From contig NC_068986.1 of NCBI RefSeq assembly GCF_001194135.2, forward strand, positions 30,586,108 through 30,632,758: a stretch of 46,651 bases of DNA, given 5' to 3'. Below the pieces are notes generated by a model that ran no database searches, was not told the DNA's origin, and saw only the letters and a list, made by a program, of their open reading frames with translations. This document shows positions 37,401-46,651 of the stretch, one piece after another (position 1 is the stretch's first letter; each line of letters opens with the position of its first letter). Source of the DNA: Octopus bimaculoides (Eukaryota). A program made the position numbers and the translations under genes.

Positions 37401-38668
37401 GAAAGAATGAGAGAGATGGTGATGGATTAGACTGGGTGAGTGGGCAGAGGTAACAGAAAGGAAAATTTCATAAGAACATGAAGGAAAGTGATTTCATGGG
37501 ATACACGTAGCCGTAATAATTGAAGGTGAAATATATAGGAGTGGCTCAGGGAGAGGGAGGGTTATGTTAGAATTTATTTCAGAGGAGGTGGTGTGTTTAC
37601 CTTAGCATTATCATCAACTTCATTTTATATCTGCTTTCTGTGCTGGCATGGTTAGATAGGTCAGTTCGAATTCAGAGTTATTGTCACACTAGACGAGTCA
37701 GAAATCCATGTCTTACTACTCGTGTGTTCCATTTTTGACTGGGTTTCTACAGCTACGTGCTATTTCTCTCACCAACCACTTTGTAAAGTGTACTGGGTGT
37801 ATTTTATAATGATAATAGTACTAGAGATGTTTTCATGACCTCGCCATGACTGAAGAGTCCTCTCAACTCAACATTGTTTCTGCTCATTACAGAGAGGAGG
37901 CAATATGTTGATAGAGCAGAGATTGAAGTGTGTTTGTGATTAACTTCATACCAATCAAACAAGTAGATTTTATTCGGATGTGGTCTTTGATGGCTGCATG
38001 AACAGTAGCAGTACCACCCCATATGTGAGAGTAGTACATCTCTCCTTGTTCATCATTCATTCATTTATTATTGATCCAAGTAACACAACATGCTCAATTG
38101 TGAACCATGTAACTCTTATCACAAATTGATCTGTGATAACATGGGTTGGCAATCAATTAAAGATTCTGCTTGAACTGTAAAAGTGTGCTTCAGTGGACCA
38201 TACATAATGCTCAGGACAATTCAGAGTCTTGGAATAAAACCTAATAGAACCCATATGTTCTATTAGTCATTATTCACTAATTCATTTAACACAATGTTTT
38301 GGTTTTGTTTTTGGTGGTGGGGAGCCAAACCTTGTATGATAAACAAGGAAAGATGTATTCTCCTATGGACCTCACCTGACCATTGTATAAGGTTTGTAGT
38401 TCTAAATGGCTTAAATATCTTCTGGGCTTGACCAGAAAGGACAGTTTTCATGATGCAGTTTTTGCTTTGTTGAAGATGTGTTTGTTAAAAGAGAAAAGTT
38501 GATCTAAAAAGGTACCCATATACGCATGTACATATATATGTAGGCATGTACATGTATGTGTGTATATATGCATATATATTAATTATTTTATTATATATAC
38601 ACACACATACATAAATATATACATATATGTATATGTGCCTGTGTTTTCCCATGCATGTACATGTGTGC

Positions 38669-38704
<36 letters not shown>

Positions 38705-38749
38705 ATCATGTTATATATTATATGCATTTATATATTTTACATATATTGT

Positions 38750-38895
38750 CTTCAAATTTTGGCACAAAACCAGCAATTGTGGTGGAAGGTTAAGCTGATT
38801 AAATTGACCCCAAGAGGATGAAGGGCAAAGTCAACCTCAGCAGAATTTGAACCCACTAAGCATTGAGCCTGGCACCCTTACAATTCTGCCGGTTC
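38750..38895 (-). mobile_element. SINE family B fragment
   Basis: ggatgaagggcaaagtcaacctcagcagaatttgaac. Confidence 0.7.
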
Positions 38896-40074
38896 AGCAC
38901 CTCATTTTTATATAATATATTAAACATATATAATACACACACACACACATTATATAAATATACATTATATATATTGTGTGTGAGTGTTCAAAAAGTAACA
39001 TCATAAGAAGAAGACTGAGGCCAGTTATTAATCTAACTTTATATCGGTTAAGTGACAACAAAATTATCTATGATCTTCATGTGATATGTGGTGAGGCAAC
39101 ACTGTTAATCTATACCAGTAAAACGTTCATATAATTTAATTTGATGGCCAGGGGAGATGGCAGGTGCTCTGCATTGTAATCAGAAAGAGTGGCCATTCTG
39201 AAAACTAAGCAGTCGTTTATATCCTTGGTTTGTCGTTGTTTAACTCCATGTTAGTTCCGACCTTTAGTTAAAGGCAGTTCCAGGCATGACATCCTGCCTT
39301 TTTTTTTCACCCCCACCTGGGAGTACATTATCCAATGCATCTTCACATATTTCTAAATGATAGATTGTGATATAAGCACGGTTTCATAGCTATTTTTAGC
39401 AGATCAGACTCCAATACAGATTTTCTTGTTATCTTGTCTGCAGGGATTGTTTCATTAAGTAAGGGTTTTCAGAGAAGGATACAGTCGTATATACACTTGT
39501 GGAGAGGTTCATTAGCAATTATTGTAATGAAGAGGACCTGATGAAAAATTTCTGACAAGCGAACAGATCATAATGGCAGGTAGCTTAGATGTTTCTATAA
39601 AAACTCTGAAGGTTTCGATAAAAACTAGTACAGTGCTCACTGAAGAAGGGAAAAGATTCAAAGTGATAGTGTTTTACAATTGTTCAATTGCTCTAAATAT
39701 GTTGTTGTTGTTTAACCCAAGGTCACCTCTGATCCAGCGGATTTATGATCAAAGGTAGTCCAGTTATGACAATTTCATCTTTTTTTTTTTTCAAGAAAAA
39801 ATAGTTTTAGGGTTACGTTGTCTGTTGCGTCCTTCCGTTTTTAAAATCTATAAAGTATGATTTGAAGAAAGCTTTGGCTGCTATTTCTAGACTAAGTACG
39901 ATTCTTTCCACAGTTACCTGGCAACTAGGGAGTTAAAACTGTGGACAGAAGGTACACATACTAAAATCTAGTATATTCCTAGATGTGAATGGAATTCTGA
40001 ATACAGGAGTAGAAGTGAAGGAGATATATGAAGAAAATGCAGCTTATAAGCAGTATTGTCTCAAAACAGGAGCG

Positions 40075-40195
40075 CACAGAGTAGCTGCCCAGGACCAGGT
40101 GGGTCTAGAGGCCAAATTCTAATCTACGTATGGTTTTGTATGTAGTGTCCCTAATGTATTGCGTTGCCCAGGGGTCCAAATGCCGTTAAGATACT
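40075..40195. mobile_element. possible hAT-type MITE remnant
   Basis: gttgcccaggggtccaaatgccgttaagat resembles hAT subterminal sequence; ends not resolved. Confidence 0.3.
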
Positions 40196-41756
40196 TTTAC
40201 TTATAAGCAATCCATACATGTACCTGTTGGTTATCGATAGATTTTGTTAGATCGGTTAGTGTTAGTGATAACATACAAATTTTCATCCCTCAAAGTGAGT
40301 TTTACGAATTCAGTCTGTGAGATAGTATAAGTTCGGCAAAACTTTCTAAAAAAAAAAAAAAAAAGCTTGGCCCCTACGAATTTATTTATTGGTGTCGAAA
40401 TTTCGGTAAATGAATCCCGCTTCCACCCCAACTTCCGAAACTAGTTCTTGTTAGAACTTAAAAAGAAGGAAAGAGAAAAAATAAGAAATAAACATATACT
40501 GTCACAATCCTCAATTTACTCTACTCTTGTACAAAAGGACATAATTTTCTTCCATTTGTTTTGGATGTTTGTTGTTAAACATACGAAACGAAAGAAAAAA
40601 TGCAAATTTAAATTATTGAAATAGATTCCATTTGGTAAAGAAAAAAAGCTCAGTCGGTGAAGTTTATTATCTTCGCCACAATTCATCTCTAAATTGCCTT
40701 CTCAAAAAAATACAAGAACTGTAATTAGAGATGCGCGGTAAAAATAAATTGACATGGAAAGATAGAAGAAAAATAGAAACAAACTTACACTAAAACAAAA
40801 ACTATGGAAATAAACGAAAAATAGAAAAGAAAGAAAGATAAGTTATTTGTGTTGCTGTTATTTCCTTGTTTATATATCTCTCTCTTATGTAATTTATCAA
40901 TGGAATTCATAAGATGCGTTTACTTATAAACAATAGCTCTTGTTTTTAGCCAGTTTATTAGTATGTGCGTGTATGTGTGCAAATGCGTATGTATGTACAT
41001 ATGTATATGTGTATCTATACGTACACATACACACTTATACATATATATATATGTACACATACATACATGCATGCATACATACATACACACACATACGTTC
41101 ATACATACATACATGTGTTTGCAAGTACTTGTGTATTTGTGCGTAAACAACAATGTGTTTTGGTTATAAAGCGATGGATGATACAAACAAAAATATATTC
41201 CATATATAGTTGTTTTTTATTGTTGTTGTGATCTTTTTTATCATTATTATTACTTAAGAGCGCCAGAATTTCTCCCTTCACCTTCATCTTAAAACTCTCA
41301 GGCTTCGTCTTGTAAAACATGAAGCTACCGGCAAATCCAAATTGCGCCCGGGTTTCGATTCGCAGTGTTAACTATTTCACTTCACTTATGTTGCTAAGCT
41401 TCACAAAGGTTTATTACATTTCACTTGCCAAAGACTAAGACATGAATGTTACCTGATCCCGCACTCTTAGCCCCTTGCAAATCTGAAACTTTGTGCTTAA
41501 GTAACAAAAATAAATCTTTATATGTAAACCGGTTCGATTCCCGACTTGTGACATTTCAATTAATTTTACATTGCTAGTGGTCTTAGAGAAAAGATGTCAC
41601 AACCTCTTATTTCCATTTCCCTTAAATATCTTATTCTTGACGTCAAAGGTCTTACATTTAAGCCCACAGGGACCTTCTTTGTCTTCTTTTCGACAAGTTG
41701 ACCGAAGTTAGAAAATTCTGAGGGTGATGGATCGGTAGAATTGTTGATGCATTATG

Positions 41757-43075
41757 CAGTATTCAGTTACTACTTCTGATGTTCTGAGTTCAAATGTATC
41801 CGAGGTCGACTTTGCGTTTTATCCTTTCAGAGTCGATAAAAGAAGTACCAGTCAAATTCTAAGGTTGATGCAATCACTAGCCGCCTCCACCAAAATTTCA
41901 GGCCTTGTATCTATGGTAGAAAAGATTACCATTATTATCGTTGGCACGCTGGACAAAATGCACACCGGCATTTCTTCCGGCTTTTTCTTTCTGAATTCAA
42001 ATTCCGCCAACATCGACTTTGCCTCTCACTCTTGCAGGTTCGATAAAATATGTACCAGTCATGCATTGAAGTCGATGAAATCGACTAGCCCTCTCCACTA
42101 AAAAGTGTTAGGTCTTGTGCCTATCTATTATAGAGAGAAGTCATTATTATTATTGCTGGCAAAAAGCTTAGCGGCATTTCATTCGTCTTTATGTTCTGAG
42201 CTCAAATTGTGCCGAGGTCAACTGTGCCTTTCATCCTTTCTGGGTTGATGAAATAAGTACCAGTTGCACACTGAGACCGATGTAATCGACTAGTCCCTCC
42301 CCGAAAATTTCAGGCCTTGTGCTTATAATGGAAAGGATAGCAAAATCGTTAGCATGCCGGTTAAAATGCTTTGTGGCATTTCGTTCGTCTTCATTTTTAC
42401 AGTTCAAACGCCGCCGAGGTCGACTTTGCCTTTCATCCTTTCGGAGTCGATAAAATGAATACCATTGAAATACTGATATCGATGTTATCGATTTACCCCC
42501 CCCCCNNNNNNNNNNTGTAATCGACTAGTCCCTCCCCGAAAATTTCAGGCCTTGTGCTTATAATGGAAAGGATAGCAAAATCGTTAGCATGCCGGTTAAA
42601 ATGCTTTGTGGCATTTCGTTCGTCTTCATTTTTACAGTTCAAACGCCGCCGAGGTCGACTTTGCCTTTCATCCTTTCACGATCGATAAATTAAGTACCAG
42701 TTGAGTACGGGGTCGATGTAATCGACTATCTCTCTTCTCCTTGTGCCTATAATAGAAAGGATTATTATTATTATTATTATTATTGTTATTATTTTTTTGT
42801 TCGTTCAAATCCCGCCGCAGTAAATTTTACCTTCTATTCCTCGGGATTGATAAAAATAGAGTAGAGTCGTGTAATTAGAGTCGATGTAATGGATTAAACC
42901 ACCTCACCCTAAATTTCAGGCTTTGTAACTCTATTAGAAACAAGTATTGTTAGTTGGGTCAACAGAATCAGTGGAGCATCAAACAGAATTCATTATTCTT
43001 CGTTCCGAGTTCAAATCACGCCATGGTTGACATTGTCTTTCATCCTTCCGGGGTCGATAAACCAAAGTACTAATC
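41757..43075 (+). mobile_element. head-to-tail array of ~6-7 SINE family B copies
   Basis: Recurrent gagttcaaat(tcc)gccgaggtcgactttgcctttcatcctttcggggtcgataaa...aaaatttcaggccttgtgc...gaaaggattattatt; CpGs largely retained. Confidence 0.85.
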
Positions 43076-43962
43076 AATAAGCGTAAACTTAATCCGTCGC
43101 CCAGTTTAATACCATCAACTGGTCCTTGGGGGATGTTAGCGGGCAGGGTCTTTAGTCAAAAAATTACGTAAACCTGCCAGTCACCTAATCCTTAGGCAAA
43201 AGCCACGGACCTCATTCTTTCTTCTCCGACAAGTTCGCAGAAATAGTATGTGACGGTTTAGTTTACTGTCTCATCTTCTCCAGAGTTTGTGGTCTTGTAT
43301 TACAAATTATTTTGGGAAAGCAATCTCAGAAAGCAAGTGAGCTCCCATTTTACGACTGTATTTCGATTCTTGTTAGAATTGTTTCGCTTTAAAACAAAAA
43401 CAAAAAAAATCATGATCCTAATGAATCTAGTTGCTATGGTGGTTGTTGTTGTTTGGCCCTCAGTTTCCTGTTATAATTCCATTGACATCTAGGTTGCATC
43501 AAAATCGGCTCCTTATTTTATCGAACTCAGAAAAATGACAAGCAAAGTTAACCTTGACGGGATTTGAACTCAGAGCGTGAAGGGTCGTAATTAATTATTA
43601 TCGAGCTGATTTTCGATCAAAGACATTCCATCCGAATGCTCTCCAATATTTTTTTCTTTTCCCTTTTTTTTCCGTAATAGTATATCAAAAACTTAATTAC
43701 GTTCTTCCTTTCGTTTAAGAATATGATTTTACGGAAATGTGACTGTTATTTCTAGTAAGTTGAGCGACCATGTAGAGTCTCTTTCGTTAGCTCATGAAGC
43801 TAACTGTAGTATTTATAAGTGAGTTTTCAACTGCAGCAGTTCTAGTAGTTTTATGTTTCTTTTATTCGTTCAGATTCCGTTTCTATTTATTCACTCAAAA
43901 ACATCGATGTTTTTGTGTGTGACACAAACCGTTTATTTCCTAAACTTTTCGTATCCTCGCTA

Positions 43963-44061
43963 ATTTGCATACACGAGAGGTCATCAGTCCGTGTCACTTC
44001 AGATTTGCATACGCGAGAGGTCACCAATCCGTGTCGCTTCTCATTTGCATACGAGAGGTCA
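43963..44061. promoter_or_regulatory. three octamer (ATTTGCAT) + GAGGTCA composite motifs at 40-bp period
   Basis: ATTTGCAT at 43963, 44003 and 44043, each followed within ~10 bp by AGAGGTCA; the last copy ends ~95 bp upstream of a candidate start codon. Confidence 0.7.
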
Positions 44062-44154
44062 TGTAGCAGGCCCAAACGAGGAAACATACAACACCACGCG
44101 CAGTAGTATAGTGAGGAAGGAAGGATATGTTCTCTACGGATTTTCTCCGCTATC

Positions 44155-44200
44155 ATGGCTAGTAACGGACACAGTGGCCCTATGAAAGTCAGACTTACAG
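44155..44200 (+). CDS. probable first coding exon of an unidentified gene (MASNGHSGPMKVRLT + phase-1 G)
   Basis: Strong Kozak context (atcATGG), open frame, donor CAG|GTAGGT at 44200/44201, CpG-rich 5' leader, promoter-like motifs upstream. Confidence 0.55.
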
Positions 44201-44328
44201 GTAGGTTTACTTACATTTCCTCTGTCCATCAACAAATCATATTAGCCTGAAGGTATGAAGCACTAAGTAGTCAATCTAACTTACAAGGTGCTATAATTAA
44301 GTGCCTACCACCACGCATATGTATTAAA

Positions 44329-44340
44329 AATATGGCCGCC
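44329..44340 (+). promoter_or_regulatory. YY1-type motif
   Basis: AATATGGCCGCC (reverse complement GGCGGCCATATT) fits the GCCATNTT consensus; lies in the CpG-retaining zone. Confidence 0.5.
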
Positions 44341-45001
44341 GCTTTTTTTTTTATTAGGGATAGCCTAAACTTATAACAACGTAAGACTTTACTAAATATA
44401 GGCCAAGAAAAATATTAAAGGGGAAAATTATAGTTATTCATCATTGCTGATTTTCTTTATTAGAACTCAGTTTTTATTCTACACGAATAAAACCATATAT
44501 ATTTATATATACACACATATATATACCCCGATCTGGTGTTCTTTTGAGGCTCTAAAAGAAAGTTCTTTGTGCCTTATTCTGTTTCCGTTTAAATGGAATG
44601 GCTAAAGTATATTGTTTATCTTAATCATAATGCTACTATTAGAAGTAATACTAACAATAAGGTGCTTTAGGAGATGGTTTTAACCAGTCTGTATTGGAGA
44701 TTATCTGCGATCATATTTATTCTTAACACACACACACCATCGTGGTTGTGTTAATTTATAATTTCTCTGAACTTACACACCCCTTCTTCACGGTTGGTAA
44801 TTAGATACGTGGGTGAAAGTCTGTGTGTGTGTGTGTACTGTGTTGGTTTAGTCATATCCACGTTTGTCTCAGACAATCAGACTGTAGAAATCACATATGT
44901 GTATCGGTGTGGGTGTATATATATAAATATACATGTATATTTATAATGTGCAACTAGGTGCGAGTTTATAAATAAGAGGTAAAAGTACGAAATATGTAAG
45001 A

Positions 45002-45033
<32 letters not shown>

Positions 45034-45402
45034 GTATGTATATATTGTTCAGTTACTACCCGAAGTTTTAAGATTAGTAAAACTTGGAGTACAGGGAGTT
45101 TGCACGTAATATATACATACAGAAGAAGCAGGTGTGTATATATGGAGCGGTACTCATTAGTACTTTCTTTAATCGTGATTAAAATGAAATTTCTAATTAT
45201 CCTATATATAGTTTATCATTCATGTTTTATATCGTCTTAGGAGTTCAGATAGATTTATTGTTTTATATATATATGTGTGTGTGTATATGTATTCTCTAAA
45301 CAAGAATTTAGAATTTCTTCGGTTGTTTGTAATGTTCTTCATCGAAAAACAATAATACAAATGTATATGTGTATGTACAGTATCGGTGATTTTCTTTTGA
45401 AG

Positions 45403-45600
45403 TAGACAGATCGACATCTAGATCGAGCTTCGAGGGAGCCTCTGCAGAGTCGCTCCGATTTGCTAAACGCAGCTGCCAAATATCCCTCAAAGTCCATCAT
45501 ACCGCCTTAAAAAGGAACGTTAAAGTATTGCAGTCCCTGATGTATACCAAAAAAGAAAAAAATGGAATGGTCATGGGTGGAAAGCCTTTGCTTATAGGTT
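45403..45600 (+). other. GC/CpG-rich exon-like island, candidate second exon
   Basis: Pyrimidine tract and tandem acceptor (ttttcttttgaAG|tAG|); the phase-1 frame continues exon 1 as (V)DRSTSRSSFEGASAESLRFAKRSC...; no strong donor found. Confidence 0.3.
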
Positions 45601-46309
45601 TATCTGTTTGATCAGAGATCAATTGGGGCCAAGCAACAGCAAATAGATCAAGGAATAAGATTTGCCAGACCAACTAACAACAAATATTAACTAACAAATA
45701 TCAATGATCCTTCTAAATTAACCGCAATTAGTAGTACATGCTCAATCAATAAACTACTTTAAAACTAACTCTCTTTCCCCTTCAGAGTTCTTAAATTTGA
45801 CTTGTTACATTATATGCAACTCTTCCCTACATTTAAGGGTTCTCTTCTAGCTTGTTATTACTGCTGTCTCTTCTACCATTATGTCTCTGACAAACTGCTA
45901 GATTACGATGGTAGCCTTTTGTTTCGTTGGTTTCAAAGTTATATATTATATATAAATATACATGTGTATATTTTATATACACACACACACGATCTGTGTG
46001 CATAAATATATACATATATCACATTTACGTGTTTACACTAGATATATTTACGTCTTTATACAGTATGTATATATACATATATTTACGTGTTTATACTGAA
46101 TATACATATATATTATATATTTGTGTTTATGCTGTATATGCAATATATATATGTTATAATATATATTTACGTGTGTATACTGTATATATACATAAATATA
46201 TTTAATAGAGGCAAATGGTTTAGTCTCATATGAACATGCGTTAGAAAGAATATTCTCTTTTAAATAACCTATTACATATGTAGTTATTTCAAGACGCATG
46301 CACGCCTGC

Positions 46310-46651
46310 AGTTGTGTGTGTGTGTGTGTGTGTATATGTATATGTGTGTGTATATATATATATATGTGTGTGTATGTATATGTGTGTGTATGTATATGTG
46401 TGTGTATGTATATGTGTGTGTATATATATGTGTGTGTATATATGTGTGTGTATATATGTGTGTGTATATATGTGTGTGTATATATGTGTGTATATATGTG
46501 TGTGTATATATATGTGTGTATATATGTGTGTGTATATATGTGTATATATATGTGTATATATATGTGTATATATATGTGTATATATATGTGTATATATATG
46601 TGTATATATATGTGTATATATGTGTATATATGTGTATATATGTGTATATAT
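46310..46651. repeat. (TG)n/(TA)m compound microsatellite
   Basis: Directly visible. Confidence 0.95.

Noticed and set aside
39538-39575. CTGATGA as a third hammerhead
   Set aside because: It is followed by GAAC rather than GAAA, and neither stem II nor stem I can be formed.
42282-42680. Exact ~160-bp repeat inside the SINE array
   Set aside because: The second copy begins right after a 10-N gap and is identical to the first; this is most likely an assembly artefact, so it is not treated as a biological duplication.
43930-43995. Minus-strand CTGATGA...GAAA within the octamer array
   Set aside because: Extra unpaired bases lie before GAAA and there is no proper stem III or NUH; it is better explained by the AGGTCA motif.
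43963-44061. CRISPR-like repeat-spacer array
   Set aside because: The context is eukaryotic, the 'spacers' are homologous to each other, there are only three units, and no cas genes are present.
44060-44340. snRNA or histone gene downstream of the octamer sites
   Set aside because: No Sm site, U-snRNA sequence or histone ORF is visible downstream.
377-46299. Most ORFs in the six-frame track (HT/CV/YI/MY-repeat peptides and X-filled ORFs)
   Set aside because: They are translations of (CA)n, (TA)n, (CATA)n and (CAGA)n microsatellites or run through N gaps; they have no splice context or domain signature.

Overview
AT-rich metazoan genomic DNA from a gapped draft assembly, with many N runs and dense (CA)n/(TA)n/(CAT)n/(GATA)n microsatellites. 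The tRNA-headed SINE families and overall texture are consistent with a coleoid cephalopod (Octopus-like); this is an inference. Bases 1-40 kb look like CpG-depleted intronic/intergenic DNA full of transposable-element debris: at least five SINE-like families (several with exact target-site duplications), decayed RLE-type, CR1/L2-type and RTE-type LINE fragments, hAT and possible MULE remnants, a fold-back MITE and an LTR-like segment. Almost all ORFs in the supplied track are microsatellite, SINE or N-gap artefacts. From about 40.2 kb CpG is retained and the region looks like a promoter. It holds three octamer+AGGTCA composites at exact 40-bp spacing, a YY1-type motif and a probable first coding exon (MASNGHSGPMKVRLT, + strand) of an unidentified gene. 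The most interesting signals are two type I hammerhead-ribozyme motifs of the minimal Penelope/retrozyme style (25829-25918, at the end of a 323-bp tandem duplication, and 33758-33805) and the phased octamer/nuclear-receptor promoter array.
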